64,000 nt of DNA from an uncultured Planctomycetota bacterium (GTDB taxonomy: Bacteria; Planctomycetota; Planctomycetia; Isosphaerales; Isosphaeraceae): the NCBI GenBank assembly GCA_963845755.1, contig CAWJTV010000015.1, positions 192,001-256,000 on the forward strand, given 5' to 3'. Positions within the stretch are counted from its first letter, which is position 1; each line of letters opens with the position of its first letter. The notes under the pieces are model-generated. The model did not search any database and was not told the origin of the DNA. It saw nothing but the letters and a program-made list of their open reading frames with translations. The translations under genes were made by a program, and so were the position numbers. Below, one piece after another: positions 31,833-42,536 of this stretch.

Positions 31833-34394
31833 TTACGTCACAGTTATCTCGTCAGGCGCGGCTTCATAGCCCTCTTTCTCCCTGGCCTGCCGGATCCGCT
31901 CGATCAGCGCCGGCAGGTGCGGCCCAAGCCACTCTTTATTGTTCCCAGGAAACAGCCTGATTCGCCAATGACGAAACCTCTCGCCTCGCCCACCAATCTT
32001 CACTGCGTCCACCGCCGCACAGCGGAAGAATAGGTTGATTGTTCGCCGCAGAAACATTTCCCACCACTCGGGTTCCTTGGCGTGAATGCGCGTCGGAGTC
32101 TTCATAATCGGTAATCGCGTCGGCGCGGAGGTCAAGATCGTTTGATTGTTGCGAAAGCTGATGTTCTGAATTCCTTTTCCCTCCGGGCCGTTGCAGGTTT
32201 TGCACAGCGTTTGCAAATTGTCGAAGTGGTTGTTGCCCCCGTGGTAGCTAGGCGAAATATGATCCACTTGAAGCTGTGTCCTTTGCTTGCCGTAGCCACA
32301 GCACAAGCAATGGAACCCGTCCCGCGACTTGACCCGTTCCTTCAACTCGTCGGATGGCTCGACGATCGGTATCGCCTCGGGTGTCTTGAATTGGGGACGA
32401 TGTTTTCCGGGATCGGTGCCATGTCGTTTGGCGTGGAGGATTCGATTAACACAAGCATCGTAATGCGATTTGAAGAGGTCGTAGTTGTAGTAAATCACGC
32501 GCCAATATCGATCTCTATCATGATACTCTGCATCTAAGGCCGCATCCTCATCAACGCGGCTCAGACGATCCGCGAGGAGCCGATGTGCAACCGCATCGAG
32601 ATCGTGATGGTCTCTGACGTCGAACGGGAAGAACTTTGGGACCTGCTTTTCATTTTGGGCAACGTGTCTTGCAATGCCGAACAGGTCCTCAACCAGTCCT
32701 CCTCCGACGCGCACATCGACCCCAGAAAAGAACTTTTCGTGCCAGTGGTTGACTCGCTCTCTGACATCTGCAATCCGAACGGAATCCTCCTCAAACGAGC
32801 CCAAGTCTTCGTTCTTGAGTGAATTGATGAAGGACTCGAACGCTGGCTTCTCATCCTCGAACACCATGACCAGTTGGCCGACTGGCTCAACATCATCGGT
32901 TCCCTCTACGTGCGCGTAGAATTCGACGCGATACCAGCCAATCGGGAGAAAGGCTTTATAGGGAGCAGGATTCACGTTGATCCCCGAATCCATCTGTCTG
33001 GCGAGGCGTCGAACAAGGTCGATCGAAATCATCTGGAGCGGCGGCCTCTTGCCGTACTCGGGGATTGTCTCATCGGCCAACCCGGGAGCGAGCTGGTCGT
33101 ACGCCGCCCAGTTGATGCGGTGTTTCCAGTTGTCAATGAACGAGACAATGAACGCCTTGTCGGTCCCGCCGAACTTTGGTCCTCGGAGGGGGTGCCCAAC
33201 CATCTGGGTCAAGAGAATCTGGCTTGTTGTCTGCCGCGTGAGGAAGACCGTCTGCACATCGGGAACGTCGGTTCCTTCGGTGGCCATCCGGATGTTGATC
33301 AGGACGTCGAGTTTTCCGTCACGGAAGGCTTGAAGCACTTTCGCATTCTCGGCTGATGTGCGCCGGTTTCTGGCTTCTGTGCTGCCTGGATTTGCGTCAA
33401 CGTGGGAATAGATGGCATCAGCCTTCACGTCTCGTTTCTTGAGCGCTTTGCTCAGTTGTTCGCATTGCTCCCAGCGGTCCGCAAAAATGATCGTTTTTCC
33501 GTATCTCTGGCGCTGGCTGACGTAGCAGCCAGCAATATACTCGTTCCGTTCCCGGCTGCTTGCGAGCGAAGTGATGATCGTGTCGGGCAGATCCCGGTTT
33601 GTTCCCACCCAATTCTCGTATTCTCGCTCGTCGAAGTTCGCGTCGAAGGCGGTCGGAGCTTCCTCAGGCACGGGCCTGGCGAGGATGCCAGCGGCCATCA
33701 ATTTTTGCGGAGCAACTTGATAGATAATGCCTTGCGGAAAGAGCTTGTGCAGCCAACCGCGTCTATTTTCCTCGCTGTAGGTGGGCGTAGCCGTGAATCC
33801 CATCAAGTGCATCTGCGGGCAACGCTCACGGAGGCCCAGGATCAGGCTTCTGTAGCTCGGAGCCGGCGAATGGTGGGCTTCATCGAAAACGACGAACAAC
33901 CGACCCTTCGTAGAGTCCAGGAACCGATCTAATTGCCGGTGGCGATGGCTGACCGCGTTGCAAACAGTTTGCAGCGAGCTAATCACGACGTCGTCACTCG
34001 CTTGAATGGAATGGACAGGGAAGTGGCCGATCGTGCCTGAGACGACGCGACTACACAGCCGAGACTTCGGTTCTGCAATCAGGCCGACAACGTCGGAGAA
34101 GCTGGAATGGGCTTGCTCCAGCAGATGGTGGGTATGGGCCAACCACAGGACCTTGAAACCGTCGGATAGCGGGTTCCGGCAGATGAAATGACAGGCCGTG
34201 AATGTCTTGCCGGCTCCAGTCGGGAGAACGAGAATTCCCCCGCGAGGTTCCGGCGGAGCGGATTTGTACCACTTGTCGAGTTTCTGGAGTGCCTCCGCCT
34301 GATGCGGCGCAGGACTCTTGGCGACTCCATGCCGGCGAGCTTCGGAGAGGTCATATTCGCGGTAGGAGTCACTTGTTTGGTTCGGCGTGGCCAT
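31833..34394 (-). CDS. SF2 (ResIII-like) DEAH helicase fused to a C-terminal HNH nuclease
   Basis: LPTGAGKT, FDEAHH, TATP, EGTDVP; HNH CLCCG..QVDHI..GGNN..NLQTLCKTCN; visibly more AT-rich than its flanks. Confidence 0.88.
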   Translation of the reverse strand: MATPNQTSDSYREYDLSEARRHGVAKSPAPHQAEALQKLDKWYKSAPPEPRGGILVLPTGAGKTFTACHFICRNPLSDGFKVLWLAHTHHLLEQAHSSFSDVVGLIAEPKSRLCSRVVSGTIGHFPVHSIQASDDVVISSLQTVCNAVSHRHRQLDRFLDSTKGRLFVVFDEAHHSPAPSYRSLILGLRERCPQMHLMGFTATPTYSEENRRGWLHKLFPQGIIYQVAPQKLMAAGILARPVPEEAPTAFDANFDEREYENWVGTNRDLPDTIITSLASSRERNEYIAGCYVSQRQRYGKTIIFADRWEQCEQLSKALKKRDVKADAIYSHVDANPGSTEARNRRTSAENAKVLQAFRDGKLDVLINIRMATEGTDVPDVQTVFLTRQTTSQILLTQMVGHPLRGPKFGGTDKAFIVSFIDNWKHRINWAAYDQLAPGLADETIPEYGKRPPLQMISIDLVRRLARQMDSGINVNPAPYKAFLPIGWYRVEFYAHVEGTDDVEPVGQLVMVFEDEKPAFESFINSLKNEDLGSFEEDSVRIADVRERVNHWHEKFFSGVDVRVGGGLVEDLFGIARHVAQNEKQVPKFFPFDVRDHHDLDAVAHRLLADRLSRVDEDAALDAEYHDRDRYWRVIYYNYDLFKSHYDACVNRILHAKRHGTDPGKHRPQFKTPEAIPIVEPSDELKERVKSRDGFHCLCCGYGKQRTQLQVDHISPSYHGGNNHFDNLQTLCKTCNGPEGKGIQNISFRNNQTILTSAPTRLPIMKTPTRIHAKEPEWWEMFLRRTINLFFRCAAVDAVKIGGRGERFRHWRIRLFPGNNKEWLGPHLPALIERIRQAREKEGYEAAPDEITVT

Positions 34395-34448
34395 TCGAGC
34401 AGACCTTAGCTACATGGGGGCGATGACACTGTGGCTGATCGCCCGAGT

Positions 34449-34778
34449 TCAGTGGACCGGGCCCTCCTGCTCGATCGTCGGCGTCCCTTTCAACGATTTC
34501 CGCTCTGGCAGGGCTGTTTGCTCCGTCTCGCTGGCACTCTTCCAGGACTGATAGAACTCCTCAACCTTGCCGATCTTCTCGGGGTGGATGAGTTGCAAGA
34601 CGACCGCATTTGATTCTTGAAGGTCCCGTTCAGAGCCTTCAGGCCACATGCCGCCGCCGTTGCCAACCCGATCACACGCAAGGTCGTGCTTATTCAGGTA
34701 TCTACGAAACTTCCCTTCCTCTGTTCGAGGAACTTCGAATAACCCCGTCTGTTCGTTAATGATTCTTAGCTCTCCCAT
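34449..34778 (-). CDS. Hypothetical protein upstream of the helicase
   Basis: Open frame from MGELRIINEQ; AT-richer composition, co-oriented with the helicase. Confidence 0.45.
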   Translation of the reverse strand: MGELRIINEQTGLFEVPRTEEGKFRRYLNKHDLACDRVGNGGGMWPEGSERDLQESNAVVLQLIHPEKIGKVEEFYQSWKSASETEQTALPERKSLKGTPTIEQEGPVH

Positions 34779-35150
34779 GTCATGTCCCTTCACCACTATG
34801 TTGTGAGCAGATTCACCACACCCGGTCTGAGCGGGCCAGCGCATTCCAAAATAACCTCCAAACGGAAAGTTTAACGCCAAGATTGGCCGGAAGTCCATTA
34901 CATGCAGGGATTTCTCGCACCCAGCCATCCGAACGGCAACATGCAATTCCCACTGGTGGGTCGAAGTCAGCCTGACCTGAGTCTCACCGACTCGCTGGTT
35001 TGTGGGAGGTGCAATTCAGTTTCTGGACGGAGAACTCTAGCAAGTCGTGAGAACAATGGCTTTATTGCCTGCTGTCGTGGCCAGCTTCAAGAGGCAATTA
35101 ACGACATGCATCATTTACCCCGGTTCGACACCGTCGGATCCGCTGGACAA

Positions 35151-35861
35151 GACGCCGACGAGTGGGACGCGATCCGCGGCCCGCCACCGAGGACTTGCTG
35201 GTCTACCTGGCCCTCGATCGGTTCCGGCGACGTCCGCCGATGTCCGCCCTGCCGATCGGCCTCCAGCGGGACATCCGGGCGTTCTTCGGCAGCTATGCCA
35301 GCGCCTGCCGCCTGGCGGACGACCGACTTTTCCAGGCCGGTGACGCCGAGGCCGTCGACGACGCCTGCCGACGCTCGGACGTCGGCAAGCTGCTTCCCAA
35401 CGCCCTGTATCTCCACCGCACGCCCTGGAATCGCTCGACCCGCGACTCCGCGTCTACGAGGGCTGCGCCCGGGCCTACCTCGGCGAGGTCGAGGGCGCGA
35501 ACCTGATCAAGCTGCACCGCCAATCGGGCAAGGTGTCGTACCTCGTCTACCCCGACTTCGAGACCGACCCCCACCCGGCGCTGTTGCGAAGCATCAAGCT
35601 GAACCTCCGCACCCGCGAGATCGAGAGCACCGATTACGCCCAGAGCGCCAACCCGCCGGTCCTCCACCGCAAGGAGACGTTCCTGCTTCCCGATCACCCG
35701 TTACGGGCGAAGTTCGAGCGGCTCAGCGCCAGGAGGAGTGCGCCGGCCTGCTGGACGAGACCGCGACGATCGGCACGCGCGAGGGGTGGGCGGAGCGGCT
35801 CCGCGCGACGGGCTACGCACTACGAGGTCATCGGCTGGTCCGGAATCGTACAGGGGATTGA
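35151..35861 (+). pseudogene. 3' fragment of the DNA phosphorothioation-associated putative methyltransferase, copy 1
   Basis: EDLLVYLAL, GKLLPNALY, KVSYLVYPDFETDPHPAL, NPPVLHRKETF and LLDETATIGTR..W; ends RNRTGD*. Confidence 0.8.
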
Positions 35862-35959
35862 ATCGCGGTGTCAGGCGATCTACTGCCGGGACGGGTTGAG
35901 CGCGGACCACGTCGGTTTGAACTGGCACAAGGGTTACCTTCACCAGTTACATCGTCGGA

Positions 35960-36395
35960 TCAGAATTCCAGCCGGAAGGAGCCCTTGGGGCCTTCGAAGG
36001 TGAAAACGCAATGTCGAAGGACGTCTCTGCCGATCAGAGCCTGGAATCCCTGAGTCGAGAGATCCGATTCGATGACCGGAATCGTCACCATCAGGGGATG
36101 GGTCTGAGTCTCACCCAGCACAATACAAGCGTCATACTGATTGCATGCCTGAAAGGCCGGTCCCGTGGAAGGAGTGTGGATGTAGGTGATCCCTCGGAAA
36201 TCGAGACCAAGGCTCGCAATCAGTCCGCGATCCAGCGCGGCAGCTGGCGCCGGTGTCGAGCAAACCGAGGCCCACACACGGAGACGAGAAGGGAATCCCC
36301 GCTTTCTTCAGCGCCTCGACCCGCTGACGACTCTGCATGGCTTTGAAGGGGACTAGCGGCCCCAAGGCACTGATCCGGTCGGACAGGACGGACAT
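35960..36395 (-). CDS. Retropepsin-like aspartyl protease (frameshift near 36240)
   Basis: LLDTGAS catalytic motif and C-terminal LIGRDVL. Confidence 0.75.
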
Positions 36396-36619
36396 CAAGC
36401 AAGGTCCCGTGAGAAATACTGGATCGGTTCCACTCGACTGATTTGTTTGACCAAGAAAGCAACCACGCCAAACTTCTCGTATCCGGCCTGAAGCGCATCT
36501 TCGTACGAGTCGAAGGGGCCTTCGATCGCCTCGCCGTGCACGACGACGTACTTCCCCTCGTTGGCGAGCAGGTCCATCAGGTGCTCGTTGTATACGGCCA
36601 GCTCCCGCTCCAAGGCCAT
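36395..36619 (-). CDS. Small DUF5678-like protein coupled to the protease gene
   Basis: LL..EGKYVVVHG.....FDSYEDALQAGYEKFG; its stop overlaps the protease start. Confidence 0.7.
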   Translation of the reverse strand: MALERELAVYNEHLMDLLANEGKYVVVHGEAIEGPFDSYEDALQAGYEKFGVVAFLVKQISRVEPIQYFSRDLA

Positions 36620-36901
36620 CGTTATCACCTCGATCGATTGAACCTCGATGGCTAGAACGCCCTACAATCACTGAATATCGGCCCAGAAGCCGGTATTCTT
36701 TGGGCAGAATGTGCAATTCCCACAGCGTCCCCGCTTCGCAAGCTGGCTTACACGCCGAAACATTGCCGACAACTATCGCCCGGACCAACTCAATGATTCT
36801 CTGATCGTTAGTACACAATCTCGGACGGTATCAAGAGCCAGCTTCGGGAATCGGGCATTAATCCAGCTCGGCCATTCGACACGGCACCGCCAAGCTCTGG
36901 A

Positions 36902-37731
36902 CCCGGTTCGGCTCGCTCCCGCGGGCGTTCGCCCTGGTCAAACGCGTCACCGGCTCCTAGTTGGACGTGATCTCCCGGCGCAGCACCGAGGGCTTTCTCG
37001 TGTACCTGGCCCTCGGCCGGTTCTGGCGCCGGCCGACGATGTCCGCACTGCCGATCGGGCTCCAGCGGGGCATCCGGGCGTTCCCTCGCGGGAGACCCTC
37101 GGTCCGGCTCGCGACGGGGTCGGGAGACCCTCGCCGAACAGCTTCTGGCCGACGACCGGCTGTTCCAGGCCGGCGACGCCGAGGCCGTCGATGACGCCTG
37201 CCGACGCTCGGACGTCGGCAAGCTGTTGCCCAACGCCCTGTATCTCCACCGCAGCGCCCTGGAATCGCTCGACCCGCTGCTCCGCGTCTACGAGGGCTGC
37301 GCCGGTCTTACCTCGGCGAGGTCGAAGGCGCCAACCTGATCAAGCTGCACCGCCATTCGGGCAAGGTCTCGTACCTGGTCTACCCCGACTTCGAGACCGA
37401 CCCCCACCCGGCCCTGTTGCGCAGCATCAAGCTCGACCTCCGCACCCGCGAGATTGAGAGCACCGATTACGCTCGACAGCGCGAATCCGCCGGTCCTCCA
37501 CCGCAAGGAGACGTTCCTGCTGCCCGATCATCCTCTGCGCCGAAGTTCGAGCGGCTGACGCGCCAGGAGGAGCGCGCCGGCCTGCTGGACGAAACGGCCA
37601 CGATCGGCACACGGGACGGTTGGGAGGCACGATTGCAAGAGAGGGGGTTCACGATTCGCGGGCATCGCTTGATACGACGGGTTTCACGACCGCCCGATGA
37701 CGAGTCAGATCAGAGTGATGTAGACTGCTGA
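36902..37731 (+). pseudogene. 3' fragment of the Dnd-associated methyltransferase, copy 2
   Basis: Same conserved block; in-frame TAG at 36958-36960, a ~55-bp foreign segment at ~37083-37140; ends RRVSRPPDDESDQSDVDC*. Confidence 0.8.
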
Positions 37732-37749
37732 ACCATCGTCGTCAACCAC

Positions 37750-38178
37750 TTACCTCGTCCAGTCTTCGGTGACGAGGTTGGGGACTCTGGCGAAGTCCCC
37801 CGTATTACGAGTCAGCAACACCAAGGCGCGCGATAGCGCGATCGAGGCGATCCGCAGGTCCATCGTGTCAACGCGCAATCGGCGGCCGTCCAGCCCATCG
37901 AAGACCGCCGCGGCGGCTACATCGAACGGCACGACGGGAGCCGCCGCGAATTGCCTTAGGTTCCTGGCGAGCATGCTATATCCCCGCACGATGTCCTCGG
38001 CCTTCCGCGCCCGATTGATGTAAGTATGGGCCCCCAGGGCCTGCTCGTGGAAGCTCACGATGGAGAACCCCAGGTCGGACCGAGATGCTTGACGAATGCG
38101 GGCTGACAGCGTGGCATACTCCTGGCCGGATTGCCGCTGAAGGATGCTGATGTGATCGGTGTCCAGCAAGTACTTCAC
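37750..38178 (-). CDS. vapC: VapC (PIN domain) toxin
   Basis: KYLLDTDHIS, SIVSFHEQ, MDLRIASIAL and LLTRNTGDF. Confidence 0.85.
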   Translation of the reverse strand: MKYLLDTDHISILQRQSGQEYATLSARIRQASRSDLGFSIVSFHEQALGAHTYINRARKAEDIVRGYSMLARNLRQFAAAPVVPFDVAAAAVFDGLDGRRLRVDTMDLRIASIALSRALVLLTRNTGDFARVPNLVTEDWTR

Positions 38179-38388
38179 GGCACGATGTCCTCGACGGATC
38201 GCTCTCCCTTTCGAAATCGCCCGGCCGTAGGCAATCACCTCGTCAAAAGCTGGCTCATCTTTGAACGAACCGATGACCTGTTCCAGCCAATCCGGAGCCG
38301 GCGGCTGGATCAAAAGGTGCTCTCGAAGTTCGGCAACCGCAGCCTCCACGGCCGCGAGACGCTCTTCAACCGTTGTGTCCACAGGCAT
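38175..38388 (-). CDS. Putative antitoxin upstream of vapC (frameshift near 38215)
   Basis: TVEERLAAVEAAVAEL...W...GSFKDEPAFDEVIAYGRA; the duplicate at 43973..44185 is intact and overlaps vapC by GTGA. Confidence 0.7.
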
Positions 38389-38632
38389 GAGAGCTCACCC
38401 CCTAAGAGCCTCAGGTGATCCCGCTATTGTTCCATTCTCCCATCGGCTGAGGCCGCTTCAGCTCGGTCGAGCTTCACGGGATAGGGCAGAAACCCTCCTC
38501 CTAAGATAACTCGGTCTCCCAAATCTAGCGAGCCCACCGACTCGATCAAGCCCCGTTGAGATCTCGAACGAGTCTCAGGGATGCCGGACGGCATTGATCG
38601 CGGGGCGAGAGCTGTTTCGGGTTGCCAAGGGA

Positions 38633-39456
38633 GCGGTTGCCGGATGCCGACGAATGCATGCCGGCCGCCGCGATCGTGGCCCGGTTCGGCTCGCTCAAGC
38701 GGGCCTTCGCCCTGGTCAAGCGGGTGACCGGCCCCGATGAGTGGGACGCGATCGCCCGGCGCAGCACCGAGGACCTACTCGTGTACCTGGCCCTCGGGCG
38801 GTTCCGGCGCCGGCCGCCGATGTCCGCCCTGCCGATCGGCCTCCAGCGGGACATCCGGGCGTTCTTCGGCAGTTACTCCAACGCTTGCCGCCTGGCCGAC
38901 GAGCGGCTGTTCCCGGCCGGCGACGCCGAGGCCGTCGATGACGCCTGCCGACGCTCGGACGTCGGCAAGCTCTTGCCCAACGCCCTGTATCTCCACCGCA
39001 GCGCCCTGGAATCGCTCGACCCGCTCCTCCGCGTCTCCGAGGGCTGCGCCCGGGCCTACCTCGGCGAGGTCGAAGGCGCCAACCTGATCAAGCTGCACCG
39101 CCAATCGGGCAAGGTCTCGTACCTCGTCTACCCCGACTTCGAGACCGATCCCCACCCGGCCCTGTTGCGGAGCATCAAGCTCAACCTCCGCACCCGCGAG
39201 ATCGAGAGCACCGATTACTCCCAGAGCGCGAATCCGCCAGTCCTCCACCGCAAGGAGACGTTCCTGCTTCCCGATCACCCGTTACGGGCGAAGTTCGAGC
39301 GGCTGACGCGCGCAGGAGGAGCGCGCCGGCCTGCTGGACGAGACCGCGACGATCGGCACGCGGGAGGGCTGGCAGAGGCGACTGCAGGAGAGCGGGTTCA
39401 CGGTTCTCGGACATTGCTTGATACGACGGATCGCACAGAAGCCCAAGGACGAGTAG
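38633..39456 (+). pseudogene. 3' fragment of the Dnd-associated methyltransferase, copy 3
   Basis: RLPDADEC..RFGSLKRAFALVKRVTG through HRKETF; ends RRIAQKPKDE*. Confidence 0.8.
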
Positions 39457-39545
39457 GATTGAAGGTATTCCCTGGCAGCGTGGCTTGATGGAGATTCTTA
39501 TTGGCGGTTCAAGTCGAGCAGCCAGCGCGAAGAGGAGGGATGGTC

Positions 39546-39779
39546 ATGTCGAGCGTGACGTTGGAAGAGGCGCAAAGTCACCTGGCCCAGTTGATCGAGC
39601 AGCTCCAGCCCGGTGAAGAGATCGTGATCACTCGCGACCGTAAGCCGGTTGCCCGCCTGATCGCCGAGTCGGAACCCCGGCGGCAACCGCGGCGTCTGGG
39701 AACCATGAAAGGGACGGTCCTTCACATCGCGCCCGACTTCGATGCGCCTCTCGAGGACTTCAAGGAGTACATGGAGTGA
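39546..39779 (+). CDS. Phd/YefM-family antitoxin with a DUF2281-like tail
   Basis: VTLEEAQSHLAQLIE...GEEIVITRDRKPVARL and PDFDAPLEDFKEYM; GGAGG RBS. Confidence 0.85.
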   Translation: MSSVTLEEAQSHLAQLIEQLQPGEEIVITRDRKPVARLIAESEPRRQPRRLGTMKGTVLHIAPDFDAPLEDFKEYME

Positions 39780-40163
39780 GGCTCATTCTCGATTCCCATG
39801 TCCTCCTCTGGGCGGTCGATGATCCAGTCCGACTCAGTCCAACCGCCGCCGCCCTCTTGCAAGACCCGGCCAACGAGTTACTCGTCAGCGCAGCCACCAT
39901 CTGGGAGATGTCCATCAAGGTCGGACTGGGAAAGCTGACCCTTTCCCAACCGTACCGCGACGTGGATGACCCAGGCCCTTGCTGATCTCGGGGCTACGAT
40001 CCTGCCGATTACCGTGGAGTATTCCGACGCTCAGGCTGCATTGCCCTTTCATCATCGCGACCCCTTCGATCGGTTGATTATCGCTCAAACTCTTGTCGAA
40101 GGAATCTCGGTCGTCAGTGACGACGGCCAGTTCGACGCTTATGGCGTCAGCCGCCTCTGGTGA
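39776..40163 (+). CDS. vapC: VapC (PIN domain) toxin, second subfamily (frameshift near 39962)
   Basis: LILDSHVLLW, SAATIWEMSIK and HHRDPFDRLIIAQ; GTGA overlap with the antitoxin. Confidence 0.85.
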
Positions 40164-40180
40164 GGCAGAAGTTCCGCTTG

Positions 40181-40990
40181 GCGGCCCTCGGCCGGTTGCC
40201 GAAGGCCGACGAATGCCCGCAGGCGACGAAGTCGCGGCCCGGTTCGGCTCGCTCCCGCGGGCGTTCGCCCTGGTCAAGCGGGTCACCGGCGCCGACGAGT
40301 GGGATACGATCGCCCGCCGCAGCACCGAGGACCTGCTCGGGTACCTGGCCCTGGGCCGGTTCCGGCGACGGCCGCAGATGTCGGCCCTGCCGATCGGGCT
40401 CCAGCGGGACATCCGGGCGTTCTTCGGCAGCTATGCCAAGGCCTGCCGCCAGGCCGACGACCGGCTGTTCCAGGCCGGCAGTGCCGAGGCCGTCGATGAC
40501 GCCTGCCGACGCTCGGCCGTCGGCAAGCTCCTGCCCAACGCCCTGTACGTCCACCGCAGCTCCCTGGAATCGCTCGACCCGCTGCTCCGCGTCTATGAGG
40601 GCTGCGCCGGGCCTATCTCGGCGAGGTCGAGGGCGCGAACCTGATCAAGCTGCACCGCCAGTCGGGCAAGGTCTCGTACCTCGTCTACCCCGACTTCGAG
40701 ACCGATCCTCACCCGGGCCTGTTGCGGGGCATCAAGCTCAACCTCCGCACCCGCGAGATCGAGAGCACCGATTACGCCCAGCAGCGCGAATCCGCCGGTC
40801 CTCCACCGCAAGGAGACGTTCCTGCTCCCCGAGCACCCCTTGCGCGCGAAGTTCGAGCGGCTGACGCGCCAGGAGGAGCGCGCCGGGTTGCTGGACGAGA
40901 CCGCGACGATCGGCACACGGGAAGGGTGGGCGGAACGGCTGCGAACGATGGGCTACGCTCTCCGTGGCCATCGGCTGATTCGGAGCAAGT
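40181..40990 (+). pseudogene. 3' fragment of the Dnd-associated methyltransferase, copy 4
   Basis: Starts ~20 bp after the vapC stop (AALGRLPKADEC); homology ends at ALRGHRLIRSK. Confidence 0.8.
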
Positions 40991-41081
40991 CGAGGGATTG
41001 CCCCCCCGAGTCTCGAGTGAGTACCGCCGCGGACGATGACGCGGCACAGTCCGGAAGTGCTGAGTCGGCTGGCTACAGCGC

Positions 41082-41297
41082 CTATCTTTTGGATTGCGCA
41101 CGCTCCATGCCAGCGCGACGCCGTCGGCCGGCGCCCGCGTCGGAACATGCCCCGAAGGCGGCGCCCAGGAGCCCGATGATCATCAGCATGGACAGGCCGA
41201 TGCCCTTGACGTCGTTTTCCTTCAAGGCCGCGATACCGACGCTGAAAGCTGCGACGATGAAGAGAAAGCTGCCGATGGTTGACCTAGGTGGATGCAT
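41082..41297 (-). CDS. Small two-TM membrane protein
   Basis: Two hydrophobic segments; planctomycete-like PRSTIGSFLFIVAA leader. Confidence 0.4.
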   Translation of the reverse strand: MHPPRSTIGSFLFIVAAFSVGIAALKENDVKGIGLSMLMIIGLLGAAFGACSDAGAGRRRRAGMERAQSKR

Positions 41298-41478
41298 CGT
41301 GATTTTCCCATGAGCGACCCCTGCATCCTAATCTCCTCAGCGAAGGCGGTAAACGACCTGGCTGGGGGAGGAGCCTCCGTCCCGCGACCACACCGGCCGA
41401 AGATCGGCGGCCCGAGCCGGCTCCTGCAGGGGTTCGTCGGGGGCCTTTCGTCATTGCGAAACCCACAGGTTAGGCGCT

Positions 41479-42103
41479 CTAACCGCCCGCATCGACAAAC
41501 GGCCCGAACCAATCGAGCCGGTAAGTGAGGTCTAAGAGGAGTTCGTCGTAAGTCACGCAGAAGATCCGCTTGGAATTGACGATGACGTGCTCGCGTCGCC
41601 AACGCAGGCGGTCATCCTCACCGGTATTCATGTGCTGGTCACGGCCGATCACCAGGACCCCCGTATAATCGATCGCCGCGCCTCCCGCATCGGGCCTCCA
41701 TCGTGGCCGTACCAGTCATGTCCTGGAGCTTGTAGAACCAGTCGACGACCTGGGAGAATCCGTGCTCGAAGCGCGGGCTCCACTCCCGGGTGGACTTGTC
41801 GCCGTGCTTGACGAACAAGCTGCGTGGTCCCGCATCCTCAAACTCGACGAAGGTGCAAGCGCGCGTCACCGAGTCGGCGATCGCCAGGTCGCGACGAAAC
41901 TCCCCGAAGAGGGGGTACTCGTAGGCCATGAGGTCGAGCCGTTTCACTGCAGGTGTGTGGGGCCCGATCAGGGCTGTCGCATGTGGCCGCGACCGGAAGA
42001 AGTCACGGAAGGCGGCTTCCTTCAAGTGGGCATGCGATTCCAGAAGCACCCGGAACTCCTCAACCTCGGCGTGGGCAGCGCGGGGATCGAGCACGTGAGG
42101 CAC
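41479..42103 (-). CDS. DUF4263 (Shedu SduA-type nuclease domain) protein (frameshift near 41680)
   Basis: EYPLFGEFRRDLAIAD, FVEFED and FEHGFSQVVDW; the shifted frame continues GVLVIGRD...CVTYDELL to a stop at 41479. Confidence 0.72.
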
Positions 42104-42132
42104 GAAGTCGGGCTTGGGACGACGCCCTCCCC

Positions 42133-42423
42133 TTACTTGGCCCCAGCGATCGTTTGCAGCGTCTCATGGTGGACGATGTCGGCAACCTCCAGGGGCCGGC
42201 CGGGGCGCAAGGAGATCAGGATCCTCCAGCCCCCATCGATCGGTATCACGTAGAACGTCTCCGACACGCCCGGCCTCCTGGCCACGCGCGCGGGCCACTC
42301 GCTCGGAGGGAGCTTGGCGAGGGTCTCCAGCTTCGCTCGGATCGCCGCCTGGTCGGCCTCCGGCAATTGATAGAATGCGTTGAATGCGCGATAATGCAGC
42401 CCGAATCCAGCGATTTCCATCAT
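42133..42423 (-). CDS. RelE/ParE-like small protein
   Basis: ~95 aa with the pattern A..AF.QL...DQ..I...L..L ... FYVI....WRILI ... V.DIVHHE; GGAGG RBS. Confidence 0.5.
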   Translation of the reverse strand: MMEIAGFGLHYRAFNAFYQLPEADQAAIRAKLETLAKLPPSEWPARVARRPGVSETFYVIPIDGGWRILISLRPGRPLEVADIVHHETLQTIAGAK

Positions 42424-42536
42424 CGGCCTCCTCAGCCTCGACCCCGCACCGTTTCTTCTCGGGGCGGACGTCTGCCCACCGGACTCCATTCTACGTCAGG
42501 ATTCCCACCCCGCTCAAGGTCGGGTGTCGTTCGGCG

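Noticed and set aside
37750..38388. 212-aa antitoxin-VapC fusion ORF
   Set aside because: The duplicate at 43548-44185 shows two genes with a GTGA overlap; the fusion results from a 1-nt indel.
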